Assembly (NCBI GenBank): GCA_951812285.1
Contig: OX638292.1
Location: forward strand, 1,183,699-1,247,698
DNA from: an uncultured Dehalococcoidia bacterium
GTDB lineage: Bacteria; Chloroflexota; Dehalococcoidia; Lucifugimonadales; UBA1127
Direction of reading: 5' to 3'
Length of the DNA stretch: 64,000 nt
Both the position numbers and the translations under genes were made by a program. Numbering within the stretch: position 1 is the first letter of the stretch; each line of letters begins with the position of its first letter. Below, piece by piece: positions 27,992 through 37,101 of the stretch. The notes under the pieces were generated by a model. It saw only the letters and a list, made by a program, of their open reading frames with translations. It did not search any database and was not told the origin of the DNA.

Positions 27992-28999
27992 ATGCTGGTG
28001 CGGGAACTTGGGGAGTTCGGCCTCATAGAGCGCCTGTCCCGGCGCGTGTCCGCCTCGCCTGCCGGCGCACCCCGATGCAATGAGCCGTCGCTCAACGTGC
28101 GCGTCGGCATCGGCGACGACGCCGCTGTGTGGGAGGCCTCGGGGACGGCCGAGGCGCTGACGACGGACACAATCGTCGACGGGACGCACTTCAGGCTGTC
28201 GACGACGGGGTGGAACGACCTGGGCTGGAAGGCGCTGACAACGAACCTGAGCGACATCGCGGCGATGGGCGCGACTCCCGGCGTGGGGGTGGTGACGCTG
28301 GGGCTGCCGCCGGACACGCGGGTGGAAGACGTCGACGCGCTGTACGACGGGCTGCTGGATGCTGCGGAGGTGTTCGGCGCGAGCGTGGCCGGAGGCGACG
28401 TGGTGGCGTCACCGACGCTGTTCATCACCGTCGCGCTGACCGGCACGCTGGCGCGGGAACCGATGCTGCGCTCGGCGGCGGAGGTGGGGGACCTGATCGC
28501 GGTGACGGGCTCGCTGGGCGCGTCGGCGGCGGGGCTTGCCGTGCTACAGGGGGCGTCGACTGCTGGAGGCGCCGACGCTGAGCCGCTGCTCGCCGCGCAC
28601 CGTCGACCGTGGCCGCGCGTCGCCGAGGGTACTCGGCTCGCCGAGGCGGGCGTGCGGAGCGCGATGGACATAACGGACGGGCTTATCGACGACCTGGGCA
28701 AGCTGAGCGCGGCCGCCGGGTGCGCCGCCCGGCTGGACGAGGAATGCGTCCCCGTGCACACGGCGGCGCTCGCCGCGTTCCCGGACGAGGCGATGGCGAT
28801 GGCGCTGAACGGTGGCGAGGACTATGAGCTGCTCTTCACCGCACCGCCGCGCCTGATGGCGTCGATCGGCGGCGCGCTTGCCTGTGAAGTTCACGTTGTA
28901 GGCGAGATAATTTTGGGGACGCCAGGAGAAGTTGTCGTGGTGGACGCTAAGGGGAACACAGTTGCGCCGCCGCGCAGGGGATGGGACCACTTCGCATGA
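27992..28999 (+). CDS. thiL: Thiamine-monophosphate kinase
   Basis: GEFGLI, GIGDDAA, NLSDIAAMGA, GGD, MDITDGL..DL, GGEDYELLF, GWDHF. Confidence 0.95.
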   Translation: MLVRELGEFGLIERLSRRVSASPAGAPRCNEPSLNVRVGIGDDAAVWEASGTAEALTTDTIVDGTHFRLSTTGWNDLGWKALTTNLSDIAAMGATPGVGVVTLGLPPDTRVEDVDALYDGLLDAAEVFGASVAGGDVVASPTLFITVALTGTLAREPMLRSAAEVGDLIAVTGSLGASAAGLAVLQGASTAGGADAEPLLAAHRRPWPRVAEGTRLAEAGVRSAMDITDGLIDDLGKLSAAAGCAARLDEECVPVHTAALAAFPDEAMAMALNGGEDYELLFTAPPRLMASIGGALACEVHVVGEIILGTPGEVVVVDAKGNTVAPPRRGWDHFA

Positions 29000-29481
29000 G
29001 CATCAGGGTACACATAGCGAGCGGGAGCGCCGACGAGACGCTGCGCATCGGAGCCGAGCTTGGGCAGCGGCTGCAGCCGGGCGACGCGCTGCTGCTGACC
29101 GGAGACCTCGGCGCGGGGAAGACGACACTGACGCAGGGGATCGCGCTGGGGCTCAACGTGCCTGAGCGGCCGCGGAGCCCGACGTTCGTCATGGCGACGG
29201 AGTACGAGGGGCGGCTGCCGCTGTACCACCTCGACCTCTACCGCGTGGAGGACCTGGGAGAGCTTGGCGAGCTGGGACTGGACGAGTACCTGATCGGCGA
29301 CGGCGTCACGGTGGTCGAGTGGGCCGACCGCGCTCCGCACGCCTTCCCGCCGCACGGGCTGTGGGTCGACCTTCAGGTGCGCGAGGAGGATGGGCGGGAC
29401 ATCACCGTCTCTTGCTCGGAGCCGCGCAACGCGGCTGTCGCCGAGTGGCTGGAGCAGGCGGCCGTCGCGAGGAGCGCGTAG
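28996..29481 (+). CDS. tsaE: t6A biosynthesis ATPase
   Basis: GDLGAGKT, SPTF, HLDLYR, VEWA. Confidence 0.95.
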   Translation: MSIRVHIASGSADETLRIGAELGQRLQPGDALLLTGDLGAGKTTLTQGIALGLNVPERPRSPTFVMATEYEGRLPLYHLDLYRVEDLGELGELGLDEYLIGDGVTVVEWADRAPHAFPPHGLWVDLQVREEDGRDITVSCSEPRNAAVAEWLEQAAVARSA

Positions 29482-29482
29482 C

Positions 29483-30175
29483 GTGGAGTTGTGCGTCGAC
29501 ACCGCCACGCGCTACGCGGGCATCGCCCTGGCCGAGGGCGGCGCCGTCATTGCCGAGACTGCGTGGCACAGCCGCAACAACCATACGGCGGAGCTCGCGC
29601 CCGCCGTCCTGAATATGCTGAAAGATGCCGGCTGCGACGCCAAGCAGATCACAGGCATCGTGGCGGTCATCGGGCCGGGCGGGTTCAGCGCGCTGCGTGT
29701 CGGCCTCGGGTTTGCGAAGGGGCTGGCGGAATCGCTCGACATCGCCATCGCGCCGGTGAGCGCGCTGGAGGTCGAGGCGGCGCGGCACTTCGAGGCCGAG
29801 CAGGGGCCGCTGCTGCCGCTGCTGGAGGTCGGACGCGACCGCGTCGCGTGGTGCGTGTACGAGCGCAGAGGCGACGGCTGGCGGCGCGCGGCGGAGGAGC
29901 GGGTCACGACGGTCGCAGAGATGGTAGAGGCCTGCCCCTCGAGCGCAGTCTACTGCGGCGAGGGCGCTTGGCACGTCTCGGAGCGGCTGCGGGAGCTCGC
30001 GCCGGACGCGCGGGTCATCGTCCTGGAGCCGCCGACGCGGTCGCTGGCCGTGTTGGCCGCGCTGGGGCACGCGGCGCTGGCTTCTGGCGGCGCGCCGGAC
30101 CGGCAGACCCTGGAACCCAACTACCTGCGCCCGCCGAGCATCACCATGCCGGCCGGGCGGGTCAATCCGCAATAG
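29483..30175 (+). CDS. tsaB: t6A biosynthesis protein TsaB
   Basis: VDTAT, GPGGFSALRVG...AKGLA, LEPNYLR. Confidence 0.92.
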   Translation: MELCVDTATRYAGIALAEGGAVIAETAWHSRNNHTAELAPAVLNMLKDAGCDAKQITGIVAVIGPGGFSALRVGLGFAKGLAESLDIAIAPVSALEVEAARHFEAEQGPLLPLLEVGRDRVAWCVYERRGDGWRRAAEERVTTVAEMVEACPSSAVYCGEGAWHVSERLRELAPDARVIVLEPPTRSLAVLAALGHAALASGGAPDRQTLEPNYLRPPSITMPAGRVNPQ

Positions 30176-30206
30176 GTCAAGAACTACAAGCACCAGGAGG
30201 CACACC

Positions 30207-30665
30207 TTGGCAGACATCCAGACAACCCTCGTGCTCATCAAGCCGGACGGGCTGCAGCGCGGGCTGGCGGGGGAGATCATCGGCAGGCTGGAGCGGCGCG
30301 GGCTGCAGCTGGTGGGCATGAAGCTCATGCGCGTGGACGAGGCGCTGGCCCACCGGCACTACGAGGCGCACGTGGAGCGGCCATTCTTCCCGGGGTTGGT
30401 GCAATTCATCACGTCGAGCCCCATCGTCGCGATGGCCGTGCGGGGGCCGAACAGCGTCGAGCTCGTGCGGCAGACGGTGGGGGCGACGAACCCCGCGGCT
30501 GCGGCGCCGGGCACGATCCGCGGCGACCTGGGCATCGACATCGGGCGCAACCTCATCCACGGGTCGGACTCGCCGGAGGCGGCGGAGCGCGAGGTGGCGC
30601 TCTTCTTCGCGCCGGAGGAGGTGGTCGACTGGGAGCGCAACGTCGAGGGATGGATCGTCGAGTAG
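30207..30665 (+). CDS. ndk: Nucleoside diphosphate kinase
   Basis: IKPDG..RGL.GEII.R.E, GATNP..A.PGTIRGD, NLIHGSDS. AGGAGG RBS with TTG start. Confidence 0.97.
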   Translation: MADIQTTLVLIKPDGLQRGLAGEIIGRLERRGLQLVGMKLMRVDEALAHRHYEAHVERPFFPGLVQFITSSPIVAMAVRGPNSVELVRQTVGATNPAAAAPGTIRGDLGIDIGRNLIHGSDSPEAAEREVALFFAPEEVVDWERNVEGWIVE

Positions 30666-30688
30666 GGGCGATTCGCGAATCGCCTTAC
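30662..30688. repeat. GTAG-type REP element spanning the ndk/rsfS convergent junction
   Basis: gtaggggcgattcgcgaatcgccttac: GTAG foot plus perfect palindrome ggcgattcgcgaatcgcc. Confidence 0.65.
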
Positions 30689-31038
30689 TGCACGTGCAGG
30701 AGAGGCACGGCCTCGCGCCAGAGCTGCTCGAGGCGGTAATACTCGCGCTCATCGGGCGAGAAGACATGGATGAGGACGTCGCCGTAGTCGAGCAGAACCC
30801 AGCCGGACTGCACGGTGCCCTCGCGGTGGTTCACGGGGATGCCCTCGCCCTTGAGCGCGAGCGTGATGTCCTCGATGAGGGCGTTGACCTGCCGAGGGTT
30901 GTCGGCGCTCAGCAGCACGAAATAATCGGCGAAGTCCGCCAGCTCGCGGATGTCCAGCAACACGATGTTCGACGCCTGCTTGTCGCTGGCAATTTCCACT
31001 GCGCGCTGTGCAATGTGTAGCGGTTCTACGTTTACCAT
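30685..31038 (-). CDS. rsfS: Ribosome silencing factor
   Basis: DKQASNIVLLD, ADYFV, RQVNAL, EG...SGWVLLDYGDV.IHVF....REYYRLEQLW. Confidence 0.95.
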   Translation of the reverse strand: MVNVEPLHIAQRAVEIASDKQASNIVLLDIRELADFADYFVLLSADNPRQVNALIEDITLALKGEGIPVNHREGTVQSGWVLLDYGDVLIHVFSPDEREYYRLEQLWREAVPLLHVQ

Positions 31039-31193
31039 TACAGGCATTATAGTATGCTTGGGCACCCCGTCCAGCGTGAGCGGCAACAATGCCGGGCGGA
31101 TGGGTGAAACAGGGACGCGGGAACATCCGGGCGGCGCGTCTCGTTTAGCAGATAGGAGCAGCGTATCTGTGGGAAAACAGATTACAAGCTGCG

Positions 31194-31234
31194 TATAGTA
31201 GGGGTTGACACACCCTACACGCGCCCCTACTATA
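31194..31234 (+). promoter_or_regulatory. sigma70 promoter enclosed by an 11-bp perfect inverted repeat (candidate operator)
   Basis: TTGACA(31205-10)-17-TACTAT(31228-33); tatagtagggg(31194-204)/cccctactata(31224-34). Confidence 0.65.
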
Positions 31235-31308
31235 GGGTGCGGTATTCTGAATGGGTTGCTGTGAACGCAGCAAGGCCCCAAACACTTCGTAAAACGAAAG
31301 GGGATCTC

Positions 31309-31875
31309 ATGGAACGGTTTTCACCCAGGCGCATCAGCGGGATTGCTGTCATCGTCGTCCTATCGCTTGCTCTCCTGATCGCCGCTTGCGAAGGGCCCGC
31401 TGGCTCGCAAGGCGCACAAGGCCCCCAGGGTGATCCAGGTCTCCCCGGTCTCCCGGGTAACCCCGGTCTTCCGGGCGTCCAGGGTGTCCAAGGTGAGCCC
31501 GGTCTCCCCGGCAACCCCGGTCTCCCCGGCGTCCAGGGCCCACAGGGTGAGCAGGGCCCGCCCGGTCCGTCCGTGGCCGCCCAAGTCGTCGTTCCCGAGC
31601 ACTCCTTCGAGGATGGCAAGGAGCACAGCCTGACAGTGATGGGTTCCGGCTTCCAGCGCGGCGACGTGATCTTCGGTGAGATCGCCATCGGCGGCGAGGA
31701 CACCGTGGCTGTCGTAGGCGCCACCGCCAACGAGTCAGGCGCGTTCATGAGCACCTCCGGCCTCGACCTCGAATCGCTGGCGACCCTGTCGCCTGGTGTG
31801 TACACACTGCACGTCCGCGACACCAGCGGCAACAACGCCACGCACCCCATCGTGATCTCCGAGCCCAAGCAATAG
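31309..31875 (+). CDS. Collagen-like (Gly-X-Y) lipoprotein
   Basis: Lipobox LIAAC followed directly by uninterrupted G-X-Y triplets and a small beta-rich C-domain ([17 protein letters not shown]). Confidence 0.85.
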   Translation: MERFSPRRISGIAVIVVLSLALLIAACEGPAGSQGAQGPQGDPGLPGLPGNPGLPGVQGVQGEPGLPGNPGLPGVQGPQGEQGPPGPSVAAQVVVPEHSFEDGKEHSLTVMGSGFQRGDVIFGEIAIGGEDTVAVVGATANESGAFMSTSGLDLESLATLSPGVYTLHVRDTSGNNATHPIVISEPKQ

Positions 31876-31891
31876 AAGAACTCGGTTAGCC

Positions 31892-31933
31892 AAGAGGCCC
31901 CTGGGAGGAATTCCCAGGGGCCTCTTTTGTTTG
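31892..31933 (+). terminator. Rho-independent terminator
   Basis: aagaggcccctggga-ggaat-tcccaggggcctctt followed by a T-rich run. Confidence 0.8.
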
Positions 31934-32035
31934 TACGAGGGGCGCTCCTCCACGACGCCACTCCCCCGCATCTTTGCATCCGCGCAAGGGTTCTGTTAGG
32001 GTTGCGCCACCACCCCTCCGCCCAAGGAGGCCAAC

Positions 32036-32617
32036 ATGGCAACCCAACGACCATCAACAGCGCAACCCAGCAGCCGCACCATCGGCATGATCCTCATCCT
32101 CTCGATGATTGCCGCGCTTTTAATGGCCGCGTGCGGGCCTGAGGGGGCGCAGGGTCCGCAAGGGCCGCAGGGACCGCCCGGCGACCCGGGCCTTGCCGGT
32201 CTCCCGGGCAACCCTGGTGACGCCGGCGTGCAGGGCCCTCCCGGAGAGCCGGGCCATCCCGGCAACCCCGGCTTCCAGGGCCTCCCGGGCCCGCGGGGTC
32301 CCATCGGTCCGAGTACCATCGCGACGATCGTGATCTCGCTGGACAATGGGCCGGTGGTCGCGGGCGCCGAGAACAGCTTCACCGTCGTTGGCGCGGGATT
32401 TGCGCGGGGAGACGCCATTTACGGCGAGCTGTTCACCGGCGAGGAACCCCTCTCCATGGTCGGGGGCACGGTAGCGGAATCGGGCGCATTCTCGGCTCCG
32501 GCGAGCCTCGACCTCACGCGGCTGACGGCGCTGGGGCCGGGCGTGTACACGCTCTACGTGCGCGACAACAGCGGCAACAACGCGACGGCGCCGTTGGCGA
32601 TCACTGAGGCGAAGTAG
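32036..32617 (+). CDS. Collagen-like lipoprotein, tandem paralogue
   Basis: AAGGAGG RBS, lipobox LMAAC, G-X-Y tract, same C-domain. Confidence 0.85.
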   Translation: MATQRPSTAQPSSRTIGMILILSMIAALLMAACGPEGAQGPQGPQGPPGDPGLAGLPGNPGDAGVQGPPGEPGHPGNPGFQGLPGPRGPIGPSTIATIVISLDNGPVVAGAENSFTVVGAGFARGDAIYGELFTGEEPLSMVGGTVAESGAFSAPASLDLTRLTALGPGVYTLYVRDNSGNNATAPLAITEAK

Positions 32618-32640
32618 CGACGCAAGCAGGTTAGACGTGG

Positions 32641-32679
32641 AAGCCCCCGGCGCGTTGCGCGCCGGGGGCTTCTCTTTTG
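32641..32679 (+). terminator. Rho-independent terminator
   Basis: aagcccccggcgcg-ttg-cgcgccgggggctt followed by ctctttt. Confidence 0.8.
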
Positions 32680-32728
32680 GACTCTCACCGGATGGACGCC
32701 GTGGGGACGTGCGTGAGGGTGGAGGCCG

Positions 32729-33973
32729 CTACTGCCGCTGGACGCGGACGCGGGTGATGCGGCGGCCGGAGGTGCTGAGGACCTCGACGCGGAGGCCGCC
32801 GGCGACGACCTGGTCGCCCTGGCTGGGGATCTTGCCGAGCTTGTTGTAGACGAGCCCGCCCATCGTGTCGAAGCCGTCGCCCTCGAGGTCGACGGAGAAG
32901 TGCTCCTTCAGGAAGCTCAGGTTCACCCTCGCGTCCAGCACCACTTCGTTGGTGCTGATGACCTGGACCTCCTGCTCCTCCTGGTTGAACTCGTCGACGA
33001 TGTCGCCGACGATCTCCTCCAGGATGTCCTCCAGCGTGACGAGGCCGGCGGTGCCGCCGTACTCGTCGACCACGACGGCCATGTGGCCGCGGCGGCGCTG
33101 GAACTCGAGCAGCAGCTCGTCGACGCGCTTGCCTTCCGGCACGAAGAGGGCGGGGCGCAGGAAATCGCGGACCGTGGCGCCGTTGGGGGCCTCGGCGAAC
33201 CACAGCAGGTCGCGGGCGTGGAGGATGCCCTGTACGTGGTCGATGCCGTTGTCGTGGGCCGGGATGCGGCTGTGGCCGGCCTCCCGCATCAGTGCGAGGG
33301 CCTCAGCGACTGGGGCCTTGACGTCGATGGCGACCATGTCGGGCCGAGGCACCATGATGTCGCGCACGGCCTTCTCCTCGAGGACCAGTATCGCGTGGAT
33401 CATCGCCATCTCGCGTTCGTCGGGAGGGTTCACCTCTTTGCTCAGCGGGATGAAGACCCGGTCGAAGCGGGCGGCCAGCTCTGACGTTATCTCCGGCAGC
33501 GTCTCCGGGCGGCCGACGATGGAATGCAGAAGGCGGTAGAGCGGGACGGTGACGGGTCCCCATACAGTCGTCACGACGACGCCGATGGGGGCTCCGAGCA
33601 ACGCCATCCGTGGCCAGTGGCCCCGGAGCACGGGGTAGAAGGCCAGCGGCAGCAGCAGCGCGATGCCTATCCCGCCCACCAGCGAGAGCACGAATGCCCA
33701 AGCCGCCGGGTCGCGGGCAAGCAGGTACGCCGTCAGCGCCGCGATGCCGGCGCCATAGAGCGCCACACCGACCATCAACAGCGTGAAGGCCGTCTCCATT
33801 GGCTTTCGCATGAGGGCCTGCAATGCTCCCCGCGACAGGCCAGTGTGTTCGCCGTTGGACGCGCCGTTGCGAGACGCGACCCGCGTCAGCGCATGTCGGT
33901 ACAGGATCACCGCCGCGGAGAGCGGCAGGACGATGAGCCAAATGATGAGAGGGATGATGGCGTTGCTATCCAA
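32729..33973 (-). CDS. HlyC/CorC family CBS-domain membrane protein
   Basis: TM N-terminus, VRDIMVPR, GHSRIP, VVDEYGGTAGLVTLEDILEEIVGDI.DE, C-terminal CorC domain. Confidence 0.9.
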   Translation of the reverse strand: MDSNAIIPLIIWLIVLPLSAAVILYRHALTRVASRNGASNGEHTGLSRGALQALMRKPMETAFTLLMVGVALYGAGIAALTAYLLARDPAAWAFVLSLVGGIGIALLLPLAFYPVLRGHWPRMALLGAPIGVVVTTVWGPVTVPLYRLLHSIVGRPETLPEITSELAARFDRVFIPLSKEVNPPDEREMAMIHAILVLEEKAVRDIMVPRPDMVAIDVKAPVAEALALMREAGHSRIPAHDNGIDHVQGILHARDLLWFAEAPNGATVRDFLRPALFVPEGKRVDELLLEFQRRRGHMAVVVDEYGGTAGLVTLEDILEEIVGDIVDEFNQEEQEVQVISTNEVVLDARVNLSFLKEHFSVDLEGDGFDTMGGLVYNKLGKIPSQGDQVVAGGLRVEVLSTSGRRITRVRVQRQ

Positions 33974-33979
33974 GCAGGG

Positions 33980-35365
33980 CTACCTTTCTTCTTCAGACGA
34001 ATCAGTATTGCCGGGCTCGATGGGCCTGGCGGGGACGCCGACGACGGTCTCGCCGTCGGCGACGTCGTGGGTGACGACGGCGCCCGCGCCCGTCCGTGCG
34101 CGTTTGCCGACGCGCACGGGCGCTACGAACACGGTGTCCGAGCCGACGAGGGCGTTCTCGCCAATCTCCGTGCGGTGCTTGGCGTCGCCGTCGTAGTTGG
34201 CGGTGACGGCGCCGGCGCCGATGTTCGCGCCGTCGCCGACGGTGGCGTCGCCGATGTAGCTGAAATGGCCCGCCTTCACGTCGCGGCCGAGCGAGCTCTC
34301 CTTGATCTCGACGAAGTTGCCCACGTGCGAGCCAGCGCCTACGTGTGCGCCGGGCCGCAGGTGCGAGAAGGGCCCCACGTCGGCGCCCGAATCCAGCGTC
34401 GCCTCCTCCAGCATCGATGCGACGACGGTGCAACCATCGCCGATGACGGAGTCACGGATGACGGCGTTCGGCCCAATGGTGCAGGCCTCACCGATGCGGG
34501 TGCGGCCGCGGAGGTGCGTGTTGGCGTGCACAACGGTGTCGCGGCCAAGCGTCACGCCGACGTCGATGTACGTGGCCGTCGGGTCGATGAGCGTCACGCC
34601 ATCGAGCATCCAGCGCTCGCGGATGCGCTCCTGCAGGGCGGTCTCAGCGAGCGCGAGGTCCGCGCGGGTGTTCACGCCGATGACATCGCGCGGGTCGCCG
34701 GCCGCGACCGCGTGCACGAGCTCGTTGCGAGCGCGGAAGACGGCGGTAAGGGCGGTCAGGTACAGCTCCCCGTTGGGTGCGGGCGGCGGCAGGGTCAGGG
34801 CGTCCCAGAGGCCCTCGGTGCGGAGCGCGTACAGGCCGCCGTTGACCTCGTTCACGGCTCGCTGCTTGGGCGTGGCGTCGCGCTCCTCGACGATGGCCTC
34901 GACGCAGCCGTCATCGCCGCGCAGGATGCGGCCGAGGCCGGGCTGCAGGGGGTTCTCGACTGTCAGCAGCGTCATTCGCGCGCCGGTCGACTCGTGGGCG
35001 GCCATCAGGCGCGCGATGGCGTCGGCGGGAATGAGGGGGGTGTCGCCGTTCACGACGAGGACGTGGCCAACCTCGGAGTCGATGCTGCCCTCGGCGGCGA
35101 GGAGGGCGCTGCCCGTGCCGGAGGGGGACTCCTGCACGGCGAATCGCGCTCGGCCAGCCAGGTGTGCCAGCAGGGCGTCGGCCTCGCGGGGCACGACGAC
35201 GACGGGGTCGTCGTGGCCAACGGCGGCGAGCGCGGAGAGGACGTGGTCGATGATGGCGAGACCGCCGACGGGGTGCAGGGGCTTGGGGAGGGCAGACCGC
35301 ATCCGGGCGCCGGCTCCGGCGGCCAGGACTACTGCTTGCCAAGCGCTCACAGGCCTGTTGGCCAC
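33980..35365 (-). CDS. glmU: Bifunctional UDP-GlcNAc pyrophosphorylase / GlcN-1-P acetyltransferase
   Basis: LAAG.G.RMRS.LPK.LH, GDTPL, E.YLT, hexapeptide repeats, GPFSHLRPG, GNFVEIK, HFSYIGDA, NYDG. Confidence 0.95.
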   Translation of the reverse strand: MANRPVSAWQAVVLAAGAGARMRSALPKPLHPVGGLAIIDHVLSALAAVGHDDPVVVVPREADALLAHLAGRARFAVQESPSGTGSALLAAEGSIDSEVGHVLVVNGDTPLIPADAIARLMAAHESTGARMTLLTVENPLQPGLGRILRGDDGCVEAIVEERDATPKQRAVNEVNGGLYALRTEGLWDALTLPPPAPNGELYLTALTAVFRARNELVHAVAAGDPRDVIGVNTRADLALAETALQERIRERWMLDGVTLIDPTATYIDVGVTLGRDTVVHANTHLRGRTRIGEACTIGPNAVIRDSVIGDGCTVVASMLEEATLDSGADVGPFSHLRPGAHVGAGSHVGNFVEIKESSLGRDVKAGHFSYIGDATVGDGANIGAGAVTANYDGDAKHRTEIGENALVGSDTVFVAPVRVGKRARTGAGAVVTHDVADGETVVGVPARPIEPGNTDSSEEER

Positions 35366-35553
35366 CGCCGCTGCATCAGCGCCGGTTAAGAAGGACTCTT
35401 CCTTAAAGGGACTACTAAAGGGTGTGCCTCCATGGGCGTGCTATTGCGCTCTTATGCTAGGAAAATGCCGCTCCAATTGTCAAGGAGCACAGACGGGCCT
35501 GCAGGGCACCGGGCTGGGTATAATGGCAGCGAAACGCAAGGATGGAGGAAGGC

Positions 35554-35811
35554 ATGGAAATCTCCGAATTCACCGGCGACGGCATGCGCGTCATCAAGAC
35601 GAAGGCGGCCCCCGGCGAGTCGTGCGGCTACGCGTACCGGCGGCGGCGCATCGACGTGACCGTGCCCGCAGAGACGGACCCGATTCCCATCGACCGCAAC
35701 CAGCTGCTTTACGTGCTGCCGTCGCCGCTTGAAGAGGGAGATCTGGTCAGCTTCCGCACGGACGCGAGAATGATCGACCTCTCGGAACTCTCCCCGTGCC
35801 CTGAGGGTTAG
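35554..35811 (+). CDS. Small hypothetical protein
   Basis: GGAGG RBS, upstream TATAAT, host-like codons. Confidence 0.55.
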   Translation: MEISEFTGDGMRVIKTKAAPGESCGYAYRRRRIDVTVPAETDPIPIDRNQLLYVLPSPLEEGDLVSFRTDARMIDLSELSPCPEG

Positions 35812-35824
35812 CGGCGACGGGTCG

Positions 35825-36100
35825 CTAGGCTGGTGGAGCGTCGTCCTCGGCGTAGACGACGTCCAGGAGCGCCTCATCAAAGGCCGCCAGCACCTCGCCC
35901 GCGACGAGCCCGATGTAGGAGCGGAGCCGTGCCGGGCTGAGCGACAGCTTGCCGTCGGCGCGCTCCACGAGGTCGGCGTCCGCCAGGTCGAGGTCGGGGA
36001 GCTGCAGCTCCATCAAGCGCATGATGCGCGACTCCGCGATCCACTCGACGTTGGTCTGCAGTTGTTGGTCGAATTCGATCCTGGTCAGGGACTTCGGCAT
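35825..36100 (-). CDS. Small hypothetical protein
   Basis: MPKSLTRIEFDQQLQ... with GAGAGG upstream and host-like codon bias. The longer track ORF runs through the tRNA and is not credible. Confidence 0.55.
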   Translation of the reverse strand: MPKSLTRIEFDQQLQTNVEWIAESRIMRLMELQLPDLDLADADLVERADGKLSLSPARLRSYIGLVAGEVLAAFDEALLDVVYAEDDAPPA

Positions 36101-36244
36101 AGGTCGCCTCTCGATGCTCAAGTGTATGGGGACACATGAACTGTACGCAGCGACGGGTCCGGGTGCAAGCAAGGGCGGGGCGCATTTCAGCGCGCTCTTG
36201 CTTGTGGGCGTCCCGCTGGCTAACCTAGAAGGAGCGGCCCTCAC

Positions 36245-36332
36245 GGAGAGATGGCAGAGCGGACGAATGCGCCGCACTCGAAATGCGGTATGGGGCAACC
36301 CATCGTGGGTTCGAATCCCACTCTCTCCGCCA
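36245..36332 (+). tRNA. tRNA-Ser(CGA)
   Basis: Acceptor ggagag.../...ctctcc-gcca, anticodon arm ccgca-ctCGAaa-tgcgg, long variable arm, T loop gttcgaatc. Confidence 0.95.
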
Positions 36333-37101
36333 ATCCCTTCTTTAAGTAAACATAATCTCTCCGATGGCGCATGATGCGCCCTGTTTTTCACACCCGATTT
36401 GTCAACTCTCGTCCCTCGTGTGGCAACTCTTTGGTGCACGACTGCGGATGCGAAACCATGCTGCGACTCATGATGCACGCGCCCACCCTCAGAGGATCTC
36501 GAAATTGGCACCCGTTCTTCGCGATGCGGCTCCTGCGCACACGTAAGCCGAATGATGGTTGATGCTCTTGGGCAACGGGCGGCAGATGCTTCCAACTCGC
36601 CAGGGCAGCAGGCTCGACTGGAGAGCCTCTCGTGGCCCGCGCCTCCCCTTCGAGCTTACCTCGGTCGTCCCAGTGGCTGGGACTGCTTCGAGACCGCGCA
36701 TTCACCCGTTGTCGAAATGACGCTGCATTGAGCGCTCTTGATGACTTCCGTTGGGCGATGGAATGAAGTTGGGCTATCTGGGGATAGTCTAACCAGCGTC
36801 GCATACGCCTAGAGCGTGCGGCCCGCCATCGCCAGTCAACCTCGATTGGGATTTGCGGGCCCCGGCCCTCCGTCGGCGACTGCCCTGAAGTTGCCACAAA
36901 TCGGGCTAGAAGGGGGTCAACCACATCAGATTCACGCTAGATTAATACACATGGCCCATGAATTCGCGAGAGTTTGTAGGAACCTAGTGTGTCCCCTTGT
37001 ATAATACCAACGTGTTATACAAGAGACAGAATGGCTCCCGCCGTTGGGCAGCAGAGACGTGCCGCGAGGACCCGTCTCCTATCGGGGTTGCACCCGGCGG
37101 G

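Noticed and set aside
31390-32310. 9-bp-period tandem DNA repeats
   Set aside because: Fully explained by Gly-X-Y collagen coding.
35366-35455. Possible glmS ribozyme or other switch upstream of glmU (AGCGC...ATGGAGG, repeated aaggact/aaagggact)
   Set aside because: Lacks the glmS core (GACGAGG and its pairing partners); only short weak hairpins were seen.
36333-36996. Integrase remnant or attR after tRNA-Ser(CGA)
   Set aside because: No recognisable recombinase motifs in any listed frame, and no separate copy of the tRNA 3' end was seen.
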